The notes: generated by a model from the letters alone, not told the origin. 64,000 nucleotides of DNA from Octopus vulgaris (GCA_951406725.2 OX597815.1:114204001-114268000); one strand, 5' to 3'; counted from the first letter of the stretch, positions 12,592 to 25,200 are shown. Numbers and translations: made by a program.

Positions 12592-13359
12592 TATATTCAC
12601 TGAAAAATTTTGATGAACATTTGAACTATGGCATTGTAATAACTGCATGCATTAGAACTTCCTTGAAAAATGATGTCTGTCACATAATTCTTTCATATTT
12701 GTGTTGTCGTGCATGAATTGTTTTTATTGAATCTATTAACTTCGCATATTCTCTTAAAAAATGTATCTAGAATAGTTTTACTTGTGTTTGTTACCTGCCA
12801 TCTGTCGTGATTGATTTAAAACATTGATCTGAAAGAAAAAAAATTACTATATTGATCTACATTGCAATCTTTGTCTTTCTTCTTGTTCCAAAATGACCCA
12901 ATGTATTGCTGGTTATTATATTTTTCTCGTGTTTCTTTCCAAAGTTGGCCAAAATCATTTTATTCTCCACACTAATAAAAACATTTCTCATATAGAGCTC
13001 AGTATTTGACTGGAAGGATGGAAGGCAAAGTTGTCGTCAATGGCATTCGAAATTAGAACGTACATGGTCGCAACCAAATACCACAAAACATTTTATTCGG
13101 TTACTGGTTTATTAATTGCACACAACTATAAGGGCATGAAGACATATTTTTGAGGGGCTTGCGCGGTTGAGTGTTCTGATATTTTTAAAGATTAGATATT
13201 GAGGTATTTGATCATATAGAAGTATTGTTCTAAAATTTTCAGTCTACGAAAAAAAAAAAAAAATAAAATAAACATACGATATTAGAAATATCAAAAACTC
13301 TACATTTCAAAGATAAAAAGAATTTTATTTAATATAAATAAAAATATTTTCTGTTGAAT

Positions 13360-15405
13360 TTATAAGTGATTCCAAGGGAGCCTGTGACTGTAGAAAGTAT
13401 CATAAACTTCATCTTCTCTCAAAAGTGTTATCATTATAGAAGGTGCAGCCGTAATTTGTTGATAACAGATTGAATGTTTGTTCTCACGAGTTGGTCCTTT
13501 ACGTAGAGGAAGTGTTAGGGATCTAGCTGTTAAAGAGTTTTTCTCGAAGTCCATGTTCAAAACATTAAGAACTTTTGTCTGTCGATTGGTAAGACCGTCA
13601 AATAAATTTTCAAATCTATTTTCAAGGCGCGTTAGCCGAGAGTTCAACTGTTGTTCTAAGAGACGTCTTTGTTTTAAGTGTTGCACATGTAAAGAGATTT
13701 GTCTGTCGATGGGACAACACATAAAATTGCCTAGCGTGCTTGTTAATTCGAAGCGTTGCTTTAGTTCGAGGAAAGATAAACACCTTTTATACTTCGATAT
13801 TTCGTTTTTAATGTCATCATCTTGTCTGCATTTATACATTTGAATCGCCATGTTTTGACTATCCTTTATTCTTTCTTCAATAACATCATTGAATTCTGTT
13901 GAGCAAGGTACACCTGTCAGTATGACATTATCATCAAAAAACCTTTCATCAATGCCTGAAGACCTTCTTTTCGCTAATGGTCGATCGGGTGCATTCCCTA
14001 AATCACTTTCGTTCGTTCTCTTACATAACAATGAATATTTTGGACCTGTTAGCACGCTCTTAGTAGGTTCAACACCCTTTCGTTGTAAATAGTTTGATCT
14101 AGTCAAATTTATGTCATAGCAAGCGCTTACTTTTTTAGACATCGATGATCCAGGAACTGAGGCAGATCCAGATGTATTAAAAATATTTGTATCTTCATTT
14201 AATTTCACAGAAGATAGGGAAGATGGTTTAGATTTCTCCTTATTGCTCTTTATTATTTCAACTATTATATCTTTTACTGTGTGTTTTGGTTTCTTTTTTT
14301 GATCCAATTTTTTATTATTGGAACATTTTATTGATCGCAGATCAATCATTTTCTTAGGAGTTTTGGGGAATTTTGTAAGTTCCACAGGTTCATTTGTGTT
14401 TCTTGAATCTTTTTCAGCCTTAGCCGAATTTTCTGATGCACTTTGAGTTTTGTTGGGATTTACGTATTCTTTATGGTCATCAGCAATTTTCTTGAGATCG
14501 TAGTTACATTTATCACCGTCACCAGAGTTTGGCGAATGTGTAGATTTTTCGCTGAAACAATTGTTTTTAGTAACAAGCTTGTTTGCATTATGAATATCTT
14601 TTGGTTTAAATAATTCTACCATCCTGTTCTTTTTATATTGTATTTTGGGTTTCGTACGAATGGCAATCTGAAGAATATTTCTTCTAATATTTCTGTTGAT
14701 AATCGCTTTTTGACTTGGCTTTATAATCAGCAACAATTCCGGGTAGTTTTTCATCTTCAGAACTTTCAAGACAGTTTCTAGAAAAGCTAATGGTTTATTT
14801 TTAAGGATTTGGCAGCTTTGATTCTTGTTTGTTTCTGTAATTTTGAAACTTGAGTTATGTGTTTTTTCTTTGGATATTTGTTCACTCAAGCCTAAAATCT
14901 CAATAAATTGTGTGATGTGACTTGGACACCAGGTAGTACGTGTTTTATTAATTTGCGAAATCGTAGAAAGGGTATTTCCCGGTTTATCCTTGCATTTCTT
15001 ATTCTTTTTCACACTACTAAGGGCAGTGTTATCATCAATTGCAATCTTACAATTTAGTGAATCTTCAGAACGTTTGTGCTTTTTATTACAGTTTAAAAGT
15101 TTCATTAGCTGGACGTAGATGTTAATGTCTCGATTTTGACAAATTGCCTGTAATATACGGCCCAAGATCTTGTTTCTTTGTCTCTTGTACTGTCGGACAC
15201 ATTGTCGAATAGGACTGTCAGAAAAACTGGTTCTATTTAATATAGCGATTGGGTTATTTGTACACGCAGTTTTTTCGCCAGAGTCATTCATATTTATGCC
15301 AGTTGCCCGAGTCTCATTTTCATGGTTTTGGTCTTTCAAAGTGGAAGAAAACTCACTTAGATCATACTTGTTCTTCCCATCCAAACTATCAGGAATATTT
15401 TCCAT
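13360..15405 (-). CDS. Uncharacterised K/N/S-rich protein (681 aa from ATG 15405; probable large terminal exon)
   Basis: A ~2.1-kb stop-free frame in AT-rich DNA. Pyrimidine-rich acceptor ...tattttcttaaag| at 15427 lies just upstream of the ATG, and AATAAA lies ~30 nt after the stop. No TE motifs recognised. Confidence 0.75.
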   Translation of the reverse strand: MENIPDSLDGKNKYDLSEFSSTLKDQNHENETRATGINMNDSGEKTACTNNPIAILNRTSFSDSPIRQCVRQYKRQRNKILGRILQAICQNRDINIYVQLMKLLNCNKKHKRSEDSLNCKIAIDDNTALSSVKKNKKCKDKPGNTLSTISQINKTRTTWCPSHITQFIEILGLSEQISKEKTHNSSFKITETNKNQSCQILKNKPLAFLETVLKVLKMKNYPELLLIIKPSQKAIINRNIRRNILQIAIRTKPKIQYKKNRMVELFKPKDIHNANKLVTKNNCFSEKSTHSPNSGDGDKCNYDLKKIADDHKEYVNPNKTQSASENSAKAEKDSRNTNEPVELTKFPKTPKKMIDLRSIKCSNNKKLDQKKKPKHTVKDIIVEIIKSNKEKSKPSSLSSVKLNEDTNIFNTSGSASVPGSSMSKKVSACYDINLTRSNYLQRKGVEPTKSVLTGPKYSLLCKRTNESDLGNAPDRPLAKRRSSGIDERFFDDNVILTGVPCSTEFNDVIEERIKDSQNMAIQMYKCRQDDDIKNEISKYKRCLSFLELKQRFELTSTLGNFMCCPIDRQISLHVQHLKQRRLLEQQLNSRLTRLENRFENLFDGLTNRQTKVLNVLNMDFEKNSLTARSLTLPLRKGPTRENKHSICYQQITAAPSIMITLLREDEVYDTFYSHRLPWNHL

Positions 15406-15753
15406 GGAAAATACGGCGTGCGTTAGCTTTAAGAAAATAGAAATAATTGGAAAATAAACGTTAATGTGTAAAATACACACAGACGCATATATACGACGGA
15501 CATCTTTCTGTTTCCGTAAACTAAATCAATTTACTAAGTTTTGGACGTCTCAGTAGAAGACACTGGTCTAAGGTGCTAAAGATTTGGAAAGCGAATTTCT
15601 TAACTATACGGCCATACCATAAGTAACTTAGCGGTTCGGCAAAAGAGATCAATAGAATAAGTACTAGGCTTACAAAGAATAAGTCTTGGGGTCGATTTTC
15701 TCGACTAAAGGCGGTGCTCCAGTATGGCCACAGTCAAATGACTGAAACACACA

Positions 15754-15819
<66 letters not shown>

Positions 15820-15997
15820 GTTAATCCAAACATGAACAAAGAGAAAACACAACACGACGACGTGGAACAAGTATAGTGTTATTGGACGCTTAGGAAAGGA
15901 AAAAAAGGAGGATTTAACGTTTCGAGTGGAGCTCTTCATCAGAAACATAGAAAATGGAAAGATGGAGAAAGAAAATCGCCAACGATACACACGCGGT
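15820..15997 (-). mobile_element. Short Penelope-like non-autonomous element next to (TA)n, carrying a minimal hammerhead motif
   Basis: Microsatellite-flanked ~180-bp unit; the minus strand contains CTGATGA-a-gag-ctcca-ctc-GAAACGTT. Confidence 0.6.
15912..15946 (-). ncRNA. Minimal type I hammerhead ribozyme motif
   Basis: gttt CTGATGA a gag ctcca ctc GAAA cg T T aaat: core boxes, 3-bp stem II, palindromic ACGT in place of stem III, and a 4-bp stem I. Confidence 0.6.
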
Positions 15998-16031
15998 CAC
16001 ATATTGAGATGCATATATACGTGTAATATGT

Positions 16032-16069
<38 letters not shown>

Positions 16070-16151
16070 TTATATAAAAGCCCGTTGTATATGTGTGTGT
16101 ATATATATATACACATATATATATACACACATATATATACATACATACATG

Positions 16152-16216
<65 letters not shown>

Positions 16217-16218
<2 letters not shown>

Positions 16219-16342
16219 ATATATGGGCGGAGGTAAAGAATACGTAAACGACTGGTGTTCAGCGTAACAAACCGTAACCCTAAACCATGACCCTAACCCT
16301 AACCACCGGGTGTATGTATTCTTTACCTTCGCCCATATATGT
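16217..16342. mobile_element. 126-bp MITE in (TA)n with a CCCTAA core
   Basis: TIR acatatatgggcggaggtaaagaatac / gtattctttaccttcgcccatatatgt. Confidence 0.75.
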
Positions 16343-16393
16343 ACATACATATATACATATATGCATATTACACGTATATATGCATTTTATATA

Positions 16394-16740
16394 CATGATG
16401 GCTGCCCACTCGTTATCGAGTATGGCCATTGCACGTAGCTTAACTGTTATTGGTGCTGTGATCGAATGTGACATTTTAGCCCAGCTAAAGATCTGCAATG
16501 TCTTGTACAGAATTGGCAGCTAAAACCTTTACTGGTAATAGCCGGCTGTAGTTGTAACTGGGCTCCATGTACCTTTGCATGTCATTCAAGTCCTCCTACC
16601 GAATTACACTCTCTTCCACATGCCTGACAGATATGATTAGTATGGTGTGTAACACCACCACCAGTGGCCAGGTTGTCACTCATCTGTCTCGCTTTAAGAC
16701 TACAAAGATGACTCTTTGAGTCCAGCTTTACATACCTATA
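16394..16740 (-). mobile_element. 3' fragment of an RTE-clade LINE
   Basis: C-terminal C2H2-like remnant HICQACGRECNSVGGLE*HAKVH followed by a short 3' UTR that ends in microsatellite. Confidence 0.65.
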
Positions 16741-16766
16741 CATACATACATACATACATACATACA

Positions 16767-16797
<31 letters not shown>

Positions 16798-16864
16798 TAC
16801 ACGTATATATGCATTTTATATACATATATATATATACATATATACATTATATATATATATATAC

Positions 16865-16912
<48 letters not shown>

Positions 16913-19900
16913 TGCATAATATATGTTACACACACACGCACAGACACACTCCCCGGCACACATAACAGTCTCTCCATTCCTTAATTCAACGAATACACAA
17001 TAAAGACATGATAAATTACAATATAAATACCTTTCAATAAAATTGTAATAAAAGAGCTTAATTCTTCGGGACTGGATTTTGTGAAAACTAATGTTATCTA
17101 AAATGTTTAAATGACTCGAGCGTTGGGTATCTCAGTCTAGCACGATCTTTATTGTAATCTTCGTTATTTACGTTAAGTTGAAACGCCGTCGATCGTGGAA
17201 TTCCATTTTTTCTCTGTTTTTTTTTTCTTTCGTTTAAACTGAATATTAATATTTTTATTTGTTTATTCATTTGATTATTTGTTAAAAGTTTTATTTTGCT
17301 AAATTTGCCGATGATCGAATTTGATGTACCCTAATTTTACCATTAGCGGCCCCTGATCGTTTCATATTCCGTCACAGGTACCGAACTATAAGGACAGGTC
17401 GATATACCTTGAACTTTCTCAGATTTCATATATCTTCACCCGTTCTGAAATCGCACGAATCAATATAGCTTTCTGCGGTTATCAATGGAGTAAGATCAAT
17501 TTCTATCTGACAGGTGGCTTAGTAGCACAAGGTTCACATCCCAGCATCGACATGGATTACAAGAGAAACTAGGCCCTGCCAAGTTGTTTTGCTCAAAAAT
17601 ACTGCTACAGAAAAATAAAGCTTGAGTTATATTCAAATGGGTAATCAAGTCCATCACCCAACATTGACTTTGTTACCTGTAATTGTAGTGGAAAATTTGT
17701 CGGGGAAATTGTTTTGCTCCTAATTAGCTCTAATTGAAGAGAACTATGCTTAATGACAACCCAGCCTTGATGTGACAATCCCATCCAGAACGGGAATACC
17801 AGTCCGTATTAGGGTTTCGAAGGATTGCTTCGGTCCGATAGTACATGTTTTAAGTCCGTAGTTGGATTTGGAAGCATTGCTTTGGTTCAATGGTAAAACG
17901 TACTTCATGCTTTATAGTCCACAATAGGGTTAACTTCTAGTTGTTTTTGGTAATCCTTTATTGCGCCCTTAATCCTTTTGCTTTCAACCCTCTCGGTCAT
18001 AATACAAATTTCCTGTTTTTAAAGTTATCTAAACTAAAACCTTGTTCTAAACAACAGACTAATAATTCTTTCTACAATAGACACAAGGCGTGACATTTAT
18101 GGAGAGGAACTAATCGTCAGCATTGGCTCAGTGATCAAATGGTACTTATTCTATCGACCCCAAAAGGATGAACGGTAAAGTTGAACTCGGAAAGTAAAGC
18201 CAGAAGAAAGGCCTCTATAAAGACAAATATTTTACTAAATTCTTCCTTATTTTGAATATTAAATGAAACCATCGAAAATATGGTAACAAAAAGGTTAAGA
18301 AATTGAGGTGTGATTTGAGGGTGATTTGGTCGCTATTCTCTGCAGGTCGTTGGCTCGTTCAAAGGGAAACTTATTGATTGAGAAGGAAATCTGTTTCGAG
18401 TCTAGAGGTCGGAGTTTATTCCTGTTTCCACAACATATAAGGATTGCGAATCAAAATCACTGCGCCACCGCCGCGCCCACCCCAGAACGGGAATGCCAGT
18501 CCTTAACAGGGTTAACTTCCAGCTGTTTGCTGGTACTTATTTTCAGCTGAGTGGAGTGAAGCAACTGGAAATTAAATCTCTTGCCCAAAGGTACAACACA
18601 CTACCCGTTTCTACAATTGTATCCACGACCTTGCAATTGTAAGCTCAGCGTCCTGTAACCGATGAACAAATACATCAATTTTACGTAGGCACAGCATAAA
18701 GTTATTGCATCGGGATAGAGATATACTGGTTATTAGAAACAACATACACAATATCTAGAATTACCATTTTCTTTTATTTCGCAACAGGGGCAGGAACGGC
18801 TTTGTTTACACACACATACGCGCGCGCGCACAAACACAAACACATACACACACCATCTTTCTGTCTGTCTGTCTATTGATTGATTGATAGACCCTTTATG
18901 AGTGTACCTTTTATGTTTGGAAATAAAAACTGGGTATACTTTGTGAAATGATTTATTGAAAAGAATTAGCAAAATTTAAACGGTTAAAAAAATTAGCAAA
19001 AATTAAACGGTTAAAATTATAGTGAATAAAAAAACCCAGAAAACACGCAACTAATCTCTCACGCTGTGCTCAATTCGAGCCTTCCATTTTCCGATATTTC
19101 CTTTTCGTTTTTAATGATTTCATTGAAATTCAAACAATCTATATTTTTAAAATTAAGAATACACAAAATACACTGATTTTCAAATCATCCAGTCTATTTA
19201 TTTCGTCAGGCCGTTATTGGTTGGCGATTAAGCGTCGATAAAACGCCAAGCAGTATTTCTTCCGACTCATTACGTTTTAAGTTCAAATTCCGCCAAGGTT
19301 GACTCTGTCTTTCATCCCGTCGGGGTTGATAAAACATGTACCAGTAAAGAACTGATGTCGATGTAATCAGCTGGTTCCTTTTCTACAAAATTGCTGGCCT
19401 AGAAAGAATTAATGGTTGGTGAATACAATCAAGATGTTATTCAGCCGAAAACAAAACTGATGGTCAGGCAACTTCATTTAATACTAACAGCGTAGAGTTC
19501 AGATTTTGACCTGTTACATGTTTCATAAAAACTGAGTTAAAGTGGATATTTTCGAAACACATCAGGTTTATAATTCAACGAAGATTGAATAAACAAATTT
19601 TATATCGAAATTGTAACTTTCTAAAAGCTAAAAGATATGCAGAAAGCAAAACTTTCAGCATAACTAAAGTTTTATGTCCTTCCTAAGCCTACTTGGCTCT
19701 CTCTCATAACTTTCTGGAAAATGCATAATTTTGAATGAAATTTTGTAGAAATACATTTTCAAGAGAGCAGATTATGATTATGTTGATAAAATTTAGAACC
19801 CACATCCCACACTTTTTTTCAGAGGGTGAGTTTCCAGTAATTTTTTCCCCGTCAATCTTCCCTGTTTGGTTACAACTAATTTTGATTACAACTAGCATTT

Positions 19901-20299
19901 TTAGGCTTATATTTAAAATATCGACATTACGATTCTGAATTTTAACAAAAAAAAAAAAAAAAAAAAAAAGGATAGGGGAGAACAAGAGAAGTGACCTATC
20001 TGATTTTCGTTTCTGAACATTTTGGTTTATATATATATTGCTGAGAAATTTGTCGGTATAACTGAATCTGTTTAGGTACAAGGACAGCTATTTTGAAGTG
20101 TGTTAGCCGACTTCACTAACTGATTATTTTGTTTTATTGAGTCCAATGGGACGAAAGCAAATTTGATTTTTTCATCGATAAATTTTAAGGGAGAGTGAGT
20201 TATCGAAACAATCGTTCCAGTACTTGATTAGTACCTTATTTTACTGACCCACGAAAGGCAAGGTTCACCTTGACGAGATTTGATCTCAGAACGTAAACA

Positions 20300-20336
20300 G
20301 GCGCAGGAGTGGCTGTGTGATAAGTGGCTTGCTTAC
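20300..20336 (+). mobile_element. tRNA-derived SINE, 5' part (A-box region), interrupted by the LINE
   Basis: ggcgcaggagtggctgtgtgataagtggcttgcttac matches the heads of same-family copies (e.g. ~35415, ~54525). Confidence 0.85.
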
Positions 20337-20930
20337 GCTTGTCGTAGACGAACGTCTTTTTTTGGCGGTGAGTCAAACGTGTTGTTGCACGTGGTGAATT
20401 TTTCTATTGTTGAATATTGTTAAATATTTTCGTGAACTTGAAAACTTTTGTGCTTTTTTCCCGGTGACGGGAGAAAGTAATTGTTGTAATACTGAAGTCA
20501 TTAATATTGAATTTATTAATATTATTAATATTATTATTAATATTATTTAATATTGTTAAAGCCGTTGTAGGCTTTATTGTCGTGCCCACCCCCTAGCGGG
20601 GGTGGCCTTTGAACTGTTATCCTCATTAAGAGGGGAAAAAAATATTATAGGCTTCAGGTTTTTGGAATAAGCAAATTGTTGTGAAAAAAAATTATATTTT
20701 AGCCATTGTAGGCTCTATTGTGGCATCCGCCCGTAGCACGGGCGAGATTTGAATTGTTGTCGTCGTTGTGAGGAAAAAATATAGGTTTCCCTTTTCTCGA
20801 AATTCTATATTTCATTATTGTGTGAAAAATTAATTTCGAATCGTCGTAGATTTTGTTGCTACGTCCCCCCCCCCCGCGGATTTGAACTTTGGACTGCGGA
20901 TATAAAAATTAATTATTTTTGTCCTCTATC

Positions 20931-22216
20931 ATGTTGCAGGGATATTTTAAAAAGATGAAGGAAGAGGGAGGTGATGTGATATCACCCTCCTCCACTGTTT
21001 TAGAAACAGAGAAGAGGACCGTAGTGTATAAAACCTTCTGCCCACAAGACAAAAGGTTTAAACACTTCGTAAAAGAAACAATAGAAAAATGCCTGTCCCC
21101 GATATGGAGAGATATAGAGTATATCTCGAGGGGACGGGCATATGGTCCTGTTGAGGTCCAATTCTCAAAGGAAGAGGCGGCTCGCGGGCATTCCGTGTGT
21201 CCCCTGAAGACCAAAGAAGTGGTACTCCTGCCAACTTATATGGGACGAAGAACATCCTGTGTAAGAATTAATGAATTGCCACCTACAGTAGACCCTAAAG
21301 AAGTGGTGGCCGCCCTGCTGTTTAATAGGACGGACCGTATAAACATACTACAAACTACAAGTTCCGCCCCACAGAACTGGTTAGGGCGGAACATCATTGT
21401 TTTAATACAAGGGAAACAGGAGGACATTCGGGTCCTACCAGAGAGAGTGCTCGTTGGGGGAGAATGTGGCCCTTAGGGTACAGGTGGAAGGCCGTAAGCC
21501 CACCTGTTACCAATGCGGAAAAAAGGGCCACATTCGAGCTGATTGGGAAGAAAACAAAAAAAAAAGTTGTCGCAAACACCAGGCCCCTCAAATAACAAAA
21601 AAAACCCACCCCCGCAAACGCACCAACCCTCACAAACAAAAACATCCCCACTCCCTCTGTTGTGGTGCCAGCCCCTGAACAAATAACAAAAAAAAACCAG
21701 CCGCTACACGCACAAACCCCTACAAATATAAAAACACCCATACCCTTGGAAGCTGTGGCACCGACTGCTCCAAAAAACATTGTTACCCCTACAGACGTTA
21801 ACCCCTCAGACGATACCATGGAGGTATCAGAGGATGGATTTAAAACACCTAGAAAAAGAAAACCTTCCCCAACCATATCCCCTACAAAAAACCAAAACAA
21901 TACACAAAAGACACTAAAAATGAAATCCCGCCCAACCGCCCCGGAAGAAAAAGAGGAAAATTGGATGCTTGTCGAATACGACACTACTGAACAATACACG
22001 AATGAAGCCATTGTGACACATCAGAGGTCAAAACTTTATATCCAACATGAAGGACTGACGCGGAGATGTGCAGCAATAGGGGAAACCCTATACCGCGACT
22101 TAAAGGGAAGGAACAAGCACGCCATTTGGAAAATTAATGAACTTCCAGATTATGCGAAGGAAGAGGCTGATCCACGTGTGGTGAAGTCGGCCCCAGCTTC
22201 TCCAAGGAGAAAGTAA
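20931..22216 (+). pseudogene. LINE ORF1 (gag-like, zinc knuckle), frameshifted
   Basis: Three overlapping ORF pieces (20919-21476, 21454-21678, 21662-22216). The motif EGRKPTCYQCGKKGHIRAD(W) is a CCHC knuckle with the last Cys mutated. Confidence 0.85.
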
Positions 22217-22239
22217 GTAGAACTTTTTACTTTTTGTAA

Positions 22240-25200
22240 ATGGACTCACTTAACTTTGGTCGTTTGAATGTGCGTGGTCTGAGTTCGAAGTGGAAGCAGG
22301 CGTGTTTCCTCGATGATCTCAGATCACATGATATGCATGTGATGGTTGCTACAGAGATCAAGCTGGACAGTCTACAAACCTTCTCGCCTCTCCTGAATGG
22401 CCACGAGAAAATCATGTCTCCTGGTCAGACCGGAGGGCGAGGGGGTGTAGTGGTACTGATCCGTAAAGGCTTGGCTCTGCAGACAAGTACAGTCTATGTG
22501 GACCCTGAAGGTGGGCTGGTCGTCCTTGATGTGACATACAGCAGTAAAGCCTTCAGGTTGATCGGACTCTATGCATCTTGTGCTAGAGGTTTCCAAACTG
22601 ATTTTTATCGGCGCCTAGAGAACTTTCTCGTGACGTCGAAGACTTTAGTAGTATTAGGGGGCTTTAATGCTATCGTTGACGTACACATCGATAGTGGATC
22701 TGCTTAAGCGGTTTCAGCTGGCAGATCGTTACAGACTTGACCATTCGAACGTCCCAGAGTGGACCTGGATGAGTGGCTACGGAAGGTTCAAGTCTTATCT
22801 AGACAGGATAGTGATAAGAACTAGAGATAAGTCTAGTTTTAGTTGTCCACAGCTCGTCCAGGTGCCCTATACTGACCATAGAATGGTCAAGTGTAGACTG
22901 GACATAGGTAGCACACTAAAGATAGGACCCGGCTACTGGAAGCTGAACAAGTCTATTTTGACTTGTGAAGCATTCAGAAGTTAGCGCAGAGGGCGTTAAC
23001 CGGAGCCGTGGTTAATAACCGGTGGTGGTTCGCCCTGAAAAGAGCCATTCGATTCGAGTCCATTAGGTTTAGTAAACAACTAAGATTAGACAGGGCTAGA
23101 ATAGAAGGGCAATTAGCTAAGAACTTAGAGGAGGCGTTGAGGTGGGCTCTGCATCTCACGTTTTGGCGGCGAGAACGGCATTAGACCGTCACCTCAAAAC
23201 CAAACATGAGGGGTGTAGAGTTCGGGCTAAAGTGCGAGCATTGGGCCGTGAGGGAATTAATGTTGCCGGATGGTCCCGTACGATAGAAACCCAGCGTGGC
23301 AACGATGCCACAATTAGGTCTCTTGCTGACGAAAACGGATGCACGGTGAAGGAGCGGGACGAGATATGTGAAGCACTTTACAAGCACTTCGCCAAGTTGT
23401 TCGGGAGGTGCGGGACGCTGGATCATGGCGAGGCCCTTAGGGACTTCCTGCCTGGTGGCCCGCGTCTCTCGGCACGAGAGGCTGAGTGCTGTGAGGGGCC
23501 AACCACAGCCGAGGAAGTAATCGAGGTGTTGGGCGAGTGCCCCGGGAAGAAGTCTCCGGGTCTCGATGGTCTGCCCTATGAGTTTTATAAAAGTATGCCA
23601 GACTTGTTCGGGCACCTGCTGGCTAGCGTCTTCGCCAACTGGCAGCAGAATGGGAGAATTCCCAAGTCTGCGAGCTGGGAAGTGGTGACGTTGATCAGGA
23701 AGGACCCGAGCAAGGGGGACGAGATAGGCAACTTCAGGCCCATAACTCTGCTAAACACAGAGTTAAAGATTTTGGCCAAGGTGCTGGCGAAAAGGTTGGC
23801 GCGGGTCGTGGACAAACTTGTTGGGGAAGCGCAAACGTGCGCTATCCCGGGCAGGATGATACACGACAATCTCCACCTTATACGCTACTCCTTAGAGAGG
23901 GTGGGGAAGCTTTCTGGCGCAGGGGGGGGGGGCACTGGTACATTTAGACCAGTCTAAGGCATTTGATAGGGTCGACCATCGGTACTTGGCGGCGGTCCTC
24001 GGGGAGGCTGGCCTGGGCCCGACCATTCGAGGTTGGATCGCTGCTTTGTATAGCGACATCGAGTCTGTGGTCAAGGTGAACGGCTTCCTTTCGAAATCGT
24101 TCATAATCAAGCGTTCAGTTCGTCAGGAGTGTCCCCTGTCCCCGCTTCTATACGTGTTGGCTCTTGAACCTTTGCTGCAGAAGTTGGAGGCACTAGGGGG
24201 CGCACCGCATGATCTATGGTGTGGAAGAGGAGCTACGGCGTACGCGGATGACATCTCCATCATCGTGGCAGATGAAGGCCAGCTTCCAGTGGTGGAAGAG
24301 GCCATCAAAAGGTACGAGGCGGTGGCAGGAGCAAAGGTGAACAAGGACAAGTCGGTCGGTTTGCAACTCGGCACCTGGAAGGGGCAAGCCGATGCCGTCC
24401 AATAACGTCGTGGGGCGTTGGAGGGAAGGTCTGTTAAGCTGCTCGGAGTCTGGTTCGGGCCAGACCTCCAGATAGAGAAAAATTGGAGTGAGGTGGCCGG
24501 CAGGGTGACCGCTCTAACCCGGACCTGGTCTGGACGGGCGTTATCCCTGCTAGGGAGGGCGGAGGTAGGGCAGATGTTCATAGCATCAGTAGTCACCTAC
24601 CGCCTGATCGTGGTGCCTTGCCCCGATTTGTGGCGGGAATCCTTTGAGTAAGGCCTTCAGGTTGAGAATCCTTTTCCACTTTTTGTGGAAAGGAGGAAAG
24701 CCACTTGTAAAGCGCTCAATCTGCTGCCAGAAACCGCTAAAGGGTGGGCTAGGGATGCCTTGGCTGAAGATGCGAAGATTCGCGTTAAGGTTGAGGCACC
24801 TCTGGCTTTACTTGGATGGAGAACAGGTGTGGTCACCGCACGTTCGGTTCTACCTTCCTCAATTAACGTCCTTAACGGACATTGGTAATTGGATCAAGCA
24901 GAGATCTAGGCTGGGGGACTGGTAATTGGAGTGCCGTCAGGCACTTCAGCTACTCTCTCGGGCGGGCAATGCCGGCAGCAGGAGTTCCACCGCGGATTTC
25001 TATAGCGGGTTAGTGGAGGTTAAGTCCGAAGACGCCTTGGGGCAGACCCTGGGCTACGATGAAAATCAGTTGATCAGCCTGTTCCGGAGAACGTTCGGGC
25101 CAGGGTACCTGGATAATTACCAGAAATCCCTGGCCTGGCAGTGTTTCCGTGCGGCGTTACCTGTTCGCGACAAGCTGTCAAGGCACGGAAGTGCCGTCTC

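Noticed and set aside
13478-14092. Plus-strand ORFs of 121 and 67 aa
   Set aside because: Antisense shadows of the long minus-strand ORF.
17408-17444. 37-nt minus-strand exon candidate upstream of the orphan ORF
   Set aside because: Splice sites are plausible, but its ATG is out of frame with the ORF and there is no other support; at most a 5' UTR exon.
19704-20081. 125-aa minus-strand ORF
   Set aside because: Spans a poly-T tract, has no recognisable homology, and cannot be linked in phase to the neighbouring genes.
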